A stretch of 64,000 bases of DNA from Nitrospirota bacterium. GTDB taxonomy: Bacteria > Nitrospirota > UBA9217. Below the pieces are notes generated by a model. It did no database searches. It had not been told where the DNA came from and saw nothing but the letters and a program-made list of their open reading frames with translations. The stretch covers positions 17,224 to 81,223 of the forward strand of contig DASPSR010000065.1 of assembly GCA_035623825.1 (NCBI GenBank), written 5' to 3'. Shown piece by piece: positions 1-9,314 of the stretch. A program made the translations under genes and the position numbers. How positions within the stretch are numbered: the first letter of the stretch is position 1; every line of letters begins with the position of its first letter.

Positions 1-1
1 G

Positions 2-340
2 GTACTTGACCCCAACCTCGGTGTCGCCGAGGCCGTACGCGGTCGGACCTCCGTTCGGGTGGGCATAGGCGAGCGTAACGAGCAGATGCAGTTGGACATC
101 AGGCACGATTCCGTAGTTGGCCTCGAAATGGGGCAAGGTCCCCTCCTTCCCGTCCTTGTTGTTCGCATACTGGGAGGCAACGTAAAACTCCGTGTGATGG
201 TATTCAACCGGCTCGGGGTCGTCTGTTATGAATGGCGGACCCGCCCATGCGGCTTGCGGTGCAACGGCTGCCAGGAACAGCAGGGAAGCTGCAATCCTTG
301 CGAGCAGCCGACAGGTGTGCCAAACATTTCTTTGTTGCAT
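2..340 (-). CDS. Putative outer-membrane beta-barrel transporter (AGPPFxTDDPEP family); runs off the window edge
   Basis: Hand translation (not in ORF track): MQQRNVWH...signal peptide...AAWA-GPPFITDDPEPVEYHHTEFY...HFEANYG...GLGDTEVGVKY; GGAG RBS upstream of ATG at 340. Confidence 0.7.
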   Translation of the reverse strand, partial: MQQRNVWHTCRLLARIAASLLFLAAVAPQAAWAGPPFITDDPEPVEYHHTEFYVASQYANNKDGKEGTLPHFEANYGIVPDVQLHLLVTLAYAHPNGGPTAYGLGDTEVGVKY

Positions 341-712
341 GTCCCGCTCCTGTCTGGTCGGGTATTTGGCAGAAAAAGAGCAGATTAAAGATCCGGACAG
401 AGGACCGATAAGGCGGCTATCACGAGAATGGCCGCACAAGGCGGCCATCAGAGAGAACGAATATGTTTTCGCGATATACGACCGCGACAGACGAAATTTT
501 ATACACTCGGTGTTCTCCCGTTCGGTATTCGGCAAAATCGGCGTGGCGGCTGGTCCATGGGCACTGACAAGGGGAGTCAAGAGGCTACTAAGTATTCGCC
601 TCCCGACCTCTGCGCTCTTGCCGACCGTACAGCCTTCTTTTTTCCTTCCACCTGAGATGTTCTGACTCGCGATAGAGCCCAACCATGACGCGGGCTCTCT
701 ACCCCTCACTCG

Positions 713-2635
713 CTACTCGGCAACCCCATCGGATGGTACTTTCTTTGTCAAAGAAAAGTAAGCGTACCACGTATAGAACATATCAGCGAGCGCAACGACA
801 GCCAGCGCTGCCATGAGGAGCACCAGGAACGCGTCGACCTTGAATGTGATCGCTTCCGCAGCAGACCCGGCCTTCGCTGCCTTGTCCTGAAAGATGCCGA
901 TCAGTTGCGCCGAGGCTGTGAGGGTGGTCGTGAACATGAAAAGCATGGGGATGAGCGTGGTCCATGCATATCTGGCCTTTCCTGATTTTATGATCACCGT
1001 TGTGCCCACGCCGAAGGCGATGGCCGCAAGGAGCTGGTTCGACACGCCGAACATCGGCCAGATCGTGGAGATGCTTCCCGAGTGTATGAGGTACGCCCAG
1101 GCGGCGACGACAAGGAAACTCGTTGCGATGATGCCCGGCATCCACCGCTGCCGGCCGAGAGGTTTGTATACGCGGCTTCCGAGTTCTTGGAGCAGGAAGC
1201 GCGCCACTCGCGTGCCCGTGTCCACGGTGGTGAGGATGAAGAGCGCTTCGAACATGAGCGCGAAGTTGTACCAGTAGGCCATGAGTCCCTTCATGCCCGG
1301 GATGCCCGAAAGGATCGAGGCCATGCCCACGGCGAGCGAGACTGCGCCGCCGGGCCTGCCGACAACGTCTATGCCGACCATGGAAGACAGTTCCGTCACG
1401 CGGTTCACGGGAAACCCCAGCCCCGCGAGCGCATCGAAGGAGAGTTTGGTGTTGATCGCGAAATAGTCGCCGGGGAGTAGCACCGTCGCCGCGATGAGGG
1501 CCATCATGGCAACAAAACCTTCGGTGAGCATGGCGCCGAACCCGATGACCGGGATGTCCCGTTCGGACATGATCATTTTCGGGGTCGTTCCGGATGATAT
1601 GAGGGCGTGGAACCCCGATATCGCGCCGCAGGCAATGGTGATGAACATGAAGGGAAAGACCTTGCCCGGGATAACCGGCCCGCCGCCGTTCACGAACCGT
1701 GTGACGGCCGGCATCTGGATCACCGGAGCGATGAAGAGGACGCCGACGGCAAGCAGGAGAACCGTGCCGATCTTCATGTAGGTAGAGAGGTAATCACGGG
1801 GACAAAGCAGCATCCAGACCGGAAGGACCGAGGCGATGAAGCCGTACAATGCGATGGATATCACGAGCTGGTTTTTCGTAAGATTAAAGAAAGGTTCAAG
1901 CACCGAGCCGGGGATGAACCGGCCGACGATGACCGCCGCGAGCAGCAGGACGAATCCGACGGCACTCACCTCGCTGACCTTGCCGGGCCTGATGCGGTAC
2001 AGGTAGAGCCCCATAAAGAGCGCGATCGGGATCGTGACCGCGATCGTGAAGGTTCCCCAGGGGCTCCTGGTGAGCGCGTTCACCACGGCGAGACCGAGAC
2101 CGGCGAGCGCCACAATGATGATGAAGATGATAGCGAACGACGCAGCCAGGCCGCCGACGGGTCCGATCTCGTCCTTCGCGATCTGCGCGAGCGAACGGCC
2201 GCCCCTCCTGACCGACGCTGCGAGGATCACCATGTCATGGACCGCGCCGCCGAAGACCGATCCGATCAGGATCCAGAGGAAGCCCGGCAGGTATCCGAAC
2301 TGCGCTGCGAGCATGGGTCCTATGAGCGGGCCCGCGCCGGCAATGGCGGCGAAGTGGTGGCCGAACAGGATCCAGCGGTTCGTCGGATGGTAATCCACCC
2401 CGTCCTTGAGGTCATGAGCCGGCGTTCTCAGAGCGGGATCGAGCGACAGTACCTTTGCCGCGAGGAACGACGCGTAGATCCGGTAGGCGATGACGTAAAA
2501 ACAGCCGGCAGCCACAATGATCCAAAGCGCGTTCACTTTCTCCGCAGGGTTGATGGCGCCCGATACAACAGCGATCGAGATAGCCGCCATCAGGGAGACG
2601 AATATCCAGATCAGTTTTTTCAGTGTGCCTTTCAT
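713..2635 (-). CDS. cstA: Carbon starvation protein A family peptide/pyruvate transporter
   Basis: Motifs FGHHFAAIAGAGPLIGP, PRDYLSTYMKIG, ITIACGAISGFH, IWPMFGVSNQLLA; start moved to MKGTLKK after a GAGG RBS. Confidence 0.93.
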   Translation of the reverse strand: MKGTLKKLIWIFVSLMAAISIAVVSGAINPAEKVNALWIIVAAGCFYVIAYRIYASFLAAKVLSLDPALRTPAHDLKDGVDYHPTNRWILFGHHFAAIAGAGPLIGPMLAAQFGYLPGFLWILIGSVFGGAVHDMVILAASVRRGGRSLAQIAKDEIGPVGGLAASFAIIFIIIVALAGLGLAVVNALTRSPWGTFTIAVTIPIALFMGLYLYRIRPGKVSEVSAVGFVLLLAAVIVGRFIPGSVLEPFFNLTKNQLVISIALYGFIASVLPVWMLLCPRDYLSTYMKIGTVLLLAVGVLFIAPVIQMPAVTRFVNGGGPVIPGKVFPFMFITIACGAISGFHALISSGTTPKMIMSERDIPVIGFGAMLTEGFVAMMALIAATVLLPGDYFAINTKLSFDALAGLGFPVNRVTELSSMVGIDVVGRPGGAVSLAVGMASILSGIPGMKGLMAYWYNFALMFEALFILTTVDTGTRVARFLLQELGSRVYKPLGRQRWMPGIIATSFLVVAAWAYLIHSGSISTIWPMFGVSNQLLAAIAFGVGTTVIIKSGKARYAWTTLIPMLFMFTTTLTASAQLIGIFQDKAAKAGSAAEAITFKVDAFLVLLMAALAVVALADMFYTWYAYFSLTKKVPSDGVAE

Positions 2636-2945
2636 GATCCCACCTCGCATCATCTGGTACGCTGTATGGAGCATGATGTGTATCAATCACATTGTATGAA
2701 ATAACGTTCACGATGTCAACCGTGCCGAACCATAGTATCCCCTTTCCCACAAGGCAAATCCGGCCATGTTTGAGCACGCTCTTTCATGTTGTTTGCGAAT
2801 CAACAAACACGTCTTTTTCTGTGCAGAAAACGATGATTTCGAACCAAGAATCATACGGTACGATGGATGCGCCGATAAGCTGTGCAATTGCGAGAGGAGC
2901 ACGGCATGGGGGCGAGAGCGGAGATGTCAAGTTGCTTGAAGCAGT

Positions 2946-3081
2946 ATGGCGGCCAATTTCAAAGGGATGGCCATGAACTTGTCGCCTATGACGGGAAAAA
3001 CTCAAGCAGATCCGCTCATTGCGAACGGCGCGGTCTGGGAGCCGTCCGCCGCGCATGCGGCGAAAAAGGTGAGAATCATCC
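2946..3081 (+). pseudogene. Frameshifted fragment of a beta-hydroxyacid dehydrogenase gene, paralogous to about 11120-11257
   Basis: DNA aligns by eye to the intact gene (atggcggccaattt...ggccatgaacttgtcg...gcagatccgctcattgcg...gcgaaaaaggt.agaatcatc) with indels. Confidence 0.8.
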
Positions 3082-3124
3082 CTGAACGCTATCTGCGTTA
3101 CCACTTGCCGTCCGTGATGCCGAT

Positions 3125-3982
3125 CTAGAGTGCGACGTTAAACCTCTTGGTGACGTCGGCCTTCTTAAGCAACGAGAGGGTGTGCTCAAAATCCTTCGGC
3201 GTTGTCCTGATAAATCCTTGGATGCCGAGAGTTTTTCTGACCGCAGCAGCCTCCGCCGAGGGGTCGTCTTTCACTTCAAGCAGGGCGTCCGATACTTTCG
3301 CTGCAAGCACCGAGGGAACATTTGTAGAAATGATCAGGGTCCCGTCAGGGTTTTCCCCCTTGTCTTCGCCCACCATCGTCAGATCGGGATAATTATTTTT
3401 CAGCGCGTCCCATACCCTGTTTTTCACGATAGCAACATCAGCCAGGCCTTTGTTGACCGCTTCGAGTGCGGCCCCGTGAGACGCGACGTTGATCTCCGTA
3501 GCGTTGACATTCTCTGCACCTGGCAACGAGTGGAAATAAAAGTCACCTGAAGACGCCAAACTCGTGAAGATCACCCTTTTCCCGCTGAAATACTTGGCCG
3601 AACCGGTAAATTTCGGAGATCCCTTCTTGGCAATGACCGCTGCCCAGTAGGTGCTGTGTCCGCTCTTATCAACGGGACGCACGGCCGGCGTGGCGAGGTC
3701 CTTCAGGATCATGAAGCCGGCTACGCCTGAGCCGCTGAACATCGCATCAACTGAGCCCACGGCGAACATCCCTGCTGCGGCAGGATAGTCTTGTGCCACC
3801 GCGAAGATCGCATTGATTCCTTTTTTTGAAAGGTATTCGAGCACTGGCGTGAACTTCTCGGCCGCTCCGGGTTGATCCTGCATGATGGCAATCCTGAACT
3901 GCTCCGCAGTCGAGAGGCTTGGGCGAGAGTATGCTATCACTACGCCAAACAAAATCAGAAAACCGATAACTATCCGTTTCAC
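3125..3982 (-). CDS. PhnD/PtxB-like (phosphate/phosphite/phosphonate family) periplasmic substrate-binding protein
   Basis: Signal peptide; DYPAAA, YWAAVIAKKGS, SLASSG and SHGAALEAV..GLADVA motifs; GTG start with GGAGG RBS. Confidence 0.75.
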   Translation of the reverse strand: MKRIVIGFLILFGVVIAYSRPSLSTAEQFRIAIMQDQPGAAEKFTPVLEYLSKKGINAIFAVAQDYPAAAGMFAVGSVDAMFSGSGVAGFMILKDLATPAVRPVDKSGHSTYWAAVIAKKGSPKFTGSAKYFSGKRVIFTSLASSGDFYFHSLPGAENVNATEINVASHGAALEAVNKGLADVAIVKNRVWDALKNNYPDLTMVGEDKGENPDGTLIISTNVPSVLAAKVSDALLEVKDDPSAEAAAVRKTLGIQGFIRTTPKDFEHTLSLLKKADVTKRFNVAL

Positions 3983-4109
3983 CGTGACCTCCTAATTTAT
4001 GTGTTCCCAAAATGCTCGTGCTAGAGATAACCTTGTCATGGTCTGCAAAGCTCTTTATGAGAAAGTCGAGAACATCCGACGTTATTACAGAATGGATCTA
4101 AAGGATGAG

Positions 4110-4427
4110 TCATCTCCTTATCGTCATGTTATTACCGCATAGATCTGCAGTCCGATTTAAATTTTGATGAATGTAGTCCTCGATCTTTTTTGCATTGTCG
4201 TCAGATATCTTGTTTTCGTCGAATTGAGGCATAGATGCTATTTGGCTTCTCATTATCCAGACGATATTTTTTGTCGAGCTCAATTTTTCCGCATCCGGAT
4301 GGCATGCTAGACAATGCTTATTGTAGAGCGCCTCACCAACATGGCTGCTCGCGTCTCCTCCCGTCGAACTGTTTGAAATAATAGAGAAAAGAGTGGTTAC
4401 GGACAACAATATTATTATTTTTTTCAT
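4110..4427 (-). CDS. Monoheme class I cytochrome c
   Basis: Signal peptide, GEALYNKHCLACH (CxxCH), distal Met in MPQF...ISDDNAKKIEDYI. Confidence 0.85.
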   Translation of the reverse strand: MKKIIILLSVTTLFSIISNSSTGGDASSHVGEALYNKHCLACHPDAEKLSSTKNIVWIMRSQIASMPQFDENKISDDNAKKIEDYIHQNLNRTADLCGNNMTIRR

Positions 4428-4936
4428 ATGATGTCCTATTCTATTATTGAACATTCCTTTACAGGGGATTGGTCAGGCCACGGTTGTTTTGTTTGTCTCA
4501 TTTTGCAATTATTTATCGGATGCTGGCCGTCAAACTTTAGCGTTTCAAAAAAAGATGTGGTTAAAATTGTAATTTTAGGTCGTTTGCATCTGTGCGGAAA
4601 TGAAATGACTTAACTGGAGAAAGCATTTACATCTGCGGTGTGAAGGGATTTTCGGAGAGGGGATTCGGAACGTTTATCGCGTTGAGCATTGCCGATGTAA
4701 CGGTGTGTTATAGTGGTGTTTCCTAGGACCGCCGCTATAATAACCAAGGGAAGCTACTTATTTCTTGATTCATTGCCAATCAAGGCAGTCAATAAGAGTG
4801 ATTACATTGCCAGTACACGGTAATTCTGGTAATACGGCTAAGTCCTGCACATGTTCTGCCCAATGAAATACCTTCTCCTTGAGGTTGCTAAGATTTTAAT
4901 ATTCAGCTCAGCTTTCGATCCGTCTCTTTGCTTTTG

Positions 4937-6085
4937 TCAGGTCTCTGGACGTTCTTTTACCATCTTTTCCAATTGTTCGCGGTATTTTCTTAGTGCTGCC
5001 TCAGCCTGTTTTCGCTCTGTTATATCCTGCCATATGCTTTGAAGAACTTTATTGCCGAATAAATCAACTGTCCGCACAATAACGTGAACATCTCTTATCT
5101 TTCCATCTTTGGTCTTATGCATCGTTTCAAATTCAGCGCTGCCTTTATGCAACACTTCCTTGATCTTGGCTCCTATTTCTTCGGGACTCTGGATTGCATC
5201 AATGTCAGAGATACGGAGCCTTGCAAACTCCTCCTTTGAATAACCAAGCTGACGACAAGCCGTTTCATTGAATTCAATCATGTTCCCCATGGTATCCCCG
5301 ATCAAAATGCCGTATGGAGACTGTTCGAAAATTGCACGATACCGGAGTTCCGCTCCGTGCTCTTTTTTAAGAGTGGTGATGTCTTTTGAAACGATGCTGA
5401 CGGCCACCACTTCGCCGTTCGGTCCCTTGACCGGGCTCACGGTGCGAAGGAAGTAACGACCGTCCCTTTGACTCCTATGTTCATGCTGTAGCGATTCCCC
5501 GGTCTCGAAAACCTTGTTCACTCTTTCGCTAAAAACGCTTGTTTCTTCCGGTGAATGGAAGTCGCCATAGGATTTGCCCACATATTCTGTGTCGAAAATG
5601 ACAAAGAGTCTGGACCGATGCTTCGCGTTCATGAATAGATACTCGCACTTCCTATTGACCAGATAAATTGAATTATCGGTGGTCTCTACGAGGGAGCGAT
5701 ACCTCGCCTCGCTCCCCTGCAGCGTCTCTTCCGACCGCTTAAGCTCCTCGATGTATGATTTCAATGGGTCGAATGCGAGGTAATAAATTAGTGGAAACAG
5801 TATAATGGTAATCAATGCCGCGTCCACCAGTGCGAACGTTTGTATGGATAAAGAAGGGAAGATCGATAGAATGAGGTCGACAAGAGCTGCAGATGCGAAA
5901 ATTGAGGCCGTTATGATAATGAGCAGTTCAATCGGCCGAATAAACATCCCTGTAGACGTTCTACGATTTATTTTCATATCGAGGAAATTCACCCACGAAT
6001 CGGAGCCGTGACTGACGGTATTTCGACGGCAAATTAAACTGCTCGATAGAGCAACTATATCATAAAATGAAGACTTCCAAGGCAT
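4937..6085 (-). CDS. Membrane-anchored double-PAS sensor with no output domain (probably a truncated kinase); start uncertain
   Basis: Two TM helices, two PAS/PAC domains ending DIT; stops in the signalling helix LEKMVKER. Confidence 0.7.
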   Translation of the reverse strand: MPWKSSFYDIVALSSSLICRRNTVSHGSDSWVNFLDMKINRRTSTGMFIRPIELLIIITASIFASAALVDLILSIFPSLSIQTFALVDAALITIILFPLIYYLAFDPLKSYIEELKRSEETLQGSEARYRSLVETTDNSIYLVNRKCEYLFMNAKHRSRLFVIFDTEYVGKSYGDFHSPEETSVFSERVNKVFETGESLQHEHRSQRDGRYFLRTVSPVKGPNGEVVAVSIVSKDITTLKKEHGAELRYRAIFEQSPYGILIGDTMGNMIEFNETACRQLGYSKEEFARLRISDIDAIQSPEEIGAKIKEVLHKGSAEFETMHKTKDGKIRDVHVIVRTVDLFGNKVLQSIWQDITERKQAEAALRKYREQLEKMVKERPET

Positions 6086-6328
6086 ACCAAAGCAGAAAAA
6101 TTTATTTGGGAGCCATGAAATCTTGTGGTATCAGATATATTTTTCGGCCGAAGTCCGGGGCTCCGCCTGGGAGAAAACTTTAAGACGCGGAGGACTGAAA
6201 ATAAAGCTATAATCTAAAAAATAACATTGGCCTCAAGAAGGCATTGCAATCGTCCCAAAGTAGCAGAGAAACCATTGAACAGGACCTCATCTTCAACTAC
6301 CATTTCACTAGAAAAAGGAGGAAACGCT

Positions 6329-6613
6329 ATGCCGCACTATATCATTCTCAGCAACCTCACGGATGAAGGGCGCAGGACGATCAAGCAGAGACCGGAAAGG
6401 ATCATGGAAGTGAACAAGGAGATCGAAGCCATGGGGGTAAAGATCCTCAAACAGTACGCGCTGCTCGGTTCTTACGATTTTCTTAATATCGTGGAAGCGC
6501 CGAACAATGAAACGGTCATGAAGATGTCCGTCGAGATCGGATCGAGAGGGTCGGTCCATCTCATGACGCTTCCTGCCCTGTCGGTCGAGGAGTTCATAAA
6601 GAAGATCAAGTGA
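6329..6613 (+). CDS. GYD domain protein
   Basis: MPHYIILSNLTDEG...YALLGSYDFLNIVEAP; AGGAGG RBS. Confidence 0.85.
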   Translation: MPHYIILSNLTDEGRRTIKQRPERIMEVNKEIEAMGVKILKQYALLGSYDFLNIVEAPNNETVMKMSVEIGSRGSVHLMTLPALSVEEFIKKIK

Positions 6614-6746
6614 TGGATCATCCCGTATTAAAGAGGGTGAAAAAGCCTGGGTAAAATCTGTTGCGATGAGCGGGCTTGAACGCCCGCCTCGGGCTCCGGG
6701 CGAGCTCCCAGGGAGGCGATGGAGCCGCAATGAGAACGGAGGATCC

Positions 6747-7529
6747 ATGAAATGTATGATTTCGATGCTATTCTTGCTGGTATTGTCAACGAATGCCCGC
6801 GCTGCGATACGTACTGAGACTGTCGAATACAAACAGGACGGCGACGTGCTCGAGGGCTATCTTGCTTACGACGAAGCGGTCAAAGGAACGAGGCCGGGAG
6901 TCCTCGTCATACACGAGTGGTGGGGCATCAATGATTACATTAAGAAGCGTACAGAGCAGCTCGCACAGCTTGGGTATATTGCCTTTGCCGCCGATATCTA
7001 CGGCAAGGGCCTTCTGGCAAAAACTCCTGAAGAGGCCATGGGGCTAGCAAGGAAGTACCGGGGCGGGAGTGATCGCGCCCTGTTGCGCGCCCGTGCACAG
7101 GCGGGCCTGGACATCCTGAAAAGGAATCCCCTGACAGACGCAAAACGTGTTGCTGCAATAGGTTACTGCTTCGGCGGGACTGCGGTGCTCGAACTTGCCC
7201 GGAGCGGCGCAGACGTGGCAGGCGTCGTGAGTTTCCATGGCGGGCTTGATACGCCGAACACGGCTGACGCAAAGAACATTAGGTGCAAAGTACTGGCCCT
7301 CACCGGCGCAGATGATCCCCACGTTAAGCCGGAACAGGTGCTTGCCTTCGAGGATGAAATGCGCACAGCTGGCGTTGACTGGTACCTGGTGGCCTACGGG
7401 AACGCCGTACACAGCTTCACGAATCCCGCCAGCGGCTCCGACAATTCAAAGGGCTCAGCATATAACGAAAACGCTGACATGCGGTCCTGGCGTGCGATGA
7501 AGGACTTCTTTGAAGAGATATTCAAATGA
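6747..7529 (+). CDS. Dienelactone hydrolase family protein, secreted
   Basis: HEWWG, GYCFGG nucleophile elbow, GADD, HSFTNP; signal peptide; GGAGG RBS. Confidence 0.9.
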   Translation: MKCMISMLFLLVLSTNARAAIRTETVEYKQDGDVLEGYLAYDEAVKGTRPGVLVIHEWWGINDYIKKRTEQLAQLGYIAFAADIYGKGLLAKTPEEAMGLARKYRGGSDRALLRARAQAGLDILKRNPLTDAKRVAAIGYCFGGTAVLELARSGADVAGVVSFHGGLDTPNTADAKNIRCKVLALTGADDPHVKPEQVLAFEDEMRTAGVDWYLVAYGNAVHSFTNPASGSDNSKGSAYNENADMRSWRAMKDFFEEIFK

Positions 7530-7615
7530 AGAAAGTGATTGGGCTCAAAACTTTTGGAGGGGAACCAACTCCGCCCTCAAAAAACAGTTAATCGCGGAGA
7601 GAACCATTTCTGAAT

Positions 7616-8455
7616 TCATTCCAGAAGCACGTAATCGGCGTCCTTCGTCGTGACGCTCTTCCTGTCGATCTGATCGGGGATGAGGGGCAAAATCACCCGG
7701 TAGGTGTACTTCGACTCCATCGCGACTTGCCCAGGCATCCCCCGCTTCCACGCATGACCGACGCCGGCCAGAACCACAATGGTCCTGCCACGATTCTTCT
7801 TCAGATACTCGACGAGGTGAAATGCCATGGACTTGTCCCAAACCATCTGGGCCTCGCAGAAATTCACGAACTGCCGCTCTTGACGGGAATGGTCGGTATA
7901 TGCCTTTCTGATGAACTCCATGTACGTCGAGTCGACATTGCAGCTGATACCGCTCGGCAGGCGCTTCTTCTCTTCTTCAGTAAGGGACGCAAAACCCTGT
8001 TGAGCTATTTTTTTTGATATCCCTTCCGGTATGTTCAACCCGACGAGGGGGATCTCATGATCCCGAGCGTACCAGAATATCTCGCGATAGAACGGCCAGG
8101 GCATGCGCCAATTGTCATAGTATGAGGGGAGAAACTGCTCCAAAGATGATTTCCCGAGCACCCAGGAATCGAGCACACCCTGGCTGTCGTGCCTGAACAT
8201 CTCGAGCCCAACGGCCATCGGCGTATCGGACTCGTGAAAGGCCCTGATGACAGCAAGCTCTGCCTCGTGGTGCTCGGTGCTGTCATGTATCTCTCCGATG
8301 AATACGATATTGGCCTTCTTCACCTCGTCGATCATCTGGTTAAAGGTGATGATCTTGCCGTCGCTGACCCGCAGAACGCCGCCTTCGGTAGCGACGCACT
8401 GTGCAGCGGCTAAAAAAGACAGCACGAGGGAAAGGGATAATATATTTTTTTTCAC
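7616..8455 (-). CDS. ChaN-family (heme-binding uptake/Tiki superfamily) protein
   Basis: IVFIGEIHDS..HH, GLEMF, AQMVWDKSMA, VLAGVGH; signal peptide. Confidence 0.85.
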   Translation of the reverse strand: MKKNILSLSLVLSFLAAAQCVATEGGVLRVSDGKIITFNQMIDEVKKANIVFIGEIHDSTEHHEAELAVIRAFHESDTPMAVGLEMFRHDSQGVLDSWVLGKSSLEQFLPSYYDNWRMPWPFYREIFWYARDHEIPLVGLNIPEGISKKIAQQGFASLTEEEKKRLPSGISCNVDSTYMEFIRKAYTDHSRQERQFVNFCEAQMVWDKSMAFHLVEYLKKNRGRTIVVLAGVGHAWKRGMPGQVAMESKYTYRVILPLIPDQIDRKSVTTKDADYVLLE

Positions 8456-8482
8456 GACATCTCTCCTTGGCGACGCAATCTT

Positions 8483-9130
8483 TCACCTTGTTTCATGCTC
8501 CCTCTCTCCTTCAGGCTCGCGCTCTTGCTGCGGCGGCTGGTCCGGGGGGGTTGTGCGCTGTTGAGTAGCCGGCACATGATGATAATAGGGATATTGCCAC
8601 CATGGGCCCCAATAATAATAAGGGTAAGGATAGAACCAGTAGTCATAGTAGTAATATGGTGCCGGGTAGTATTGGCTTTCCTTCGGCCAGAGGTAGATCT
8701 GCCGAATTGAAAAGACCGGATAGACATATTCCATCTCGTCTATCCTGCCCTTCCGCAGTTCGACGAACTGGACTGCCAGCGTGATCCTTCTCCCCCTGTG
8801 ATACACCTCGGGGTCCAGCATCGCCCCATCCCCTGAGAGCACCGCAAGGAAGCGCCCCTCGGAGTAGCCCTGATCCTTGAAGTGCCCGGCACTGTCCACG
8901 GGAACATGCATTGCCTCAATCTGGGCCCCAGCTGCGGTCAATTTTGTTTGCACAATGACCCCGCCGAGGATGAAGAGCGTCCCCCCGTACTTGCCGGGAT
9001 TTTCTCTCAAGTGTTGAAATGAAACCTCTCTCGAACCTTTTCTCATGTATTCGCGGTTCAAGACCGGGGCACAGGAGAAAAGTATCATGCCGGGCACGAA
9101 CAACAGCAGAACCAGCCATTTCCTCATCAT
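8483..9130 (-). CDS. Slp family outer-membrane lipoprotein
   Basis: Lipobox LFSC, LGGVIV, SEGRFLA, LDPEVYHRGRRIT, YVYPV..IYLW, Tyr/Pro-rich tail. Confidence 0.85.
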   Translation of the reverse strand: MMRKWLVLLLFVPGMILFSCAPVLNREYMRKGSREVSFQHLRENPGKYGGTLFILGGVIVQTKLTAAGAQIEAMHVPVDSAGHFKDQGYSEGRFLAVLSGDGAMLDPEVYHRGRRITLAVQFVELRKGRIDEMEYVYPVFSIRQIYLWPKESQYYPAPYYYYDYWFYPYPYYYWGPWWQYPYYHHVPATQQRTTPPDQPPQQEREPEGEREHETR

Positions 9131-9314
9131 GATTAATTGTTGCTCATATCCATGGCGATGTCAAGCCCGCATGCGGAGTCCGGGCTATGTATTGGCTCCT
9201 GTGGCCCAAAAGGATATTTTTTACCCTTCGCCAGCTTCATCGGGTAGAATTAAACTAACGCGACACGGATTTGTCTAATGAACACGATAGGCATATCTTG
9301 GAAGGAGGCTTCTC

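Noticed and set aside
1607-2704. Long antisense ORFs (this one, 21186-22238, 48460-49440, 49615-50727 and others)
   Set aside because: Shadow frames of well-supported genes in GC-rich DNA, with no motifs or RBS
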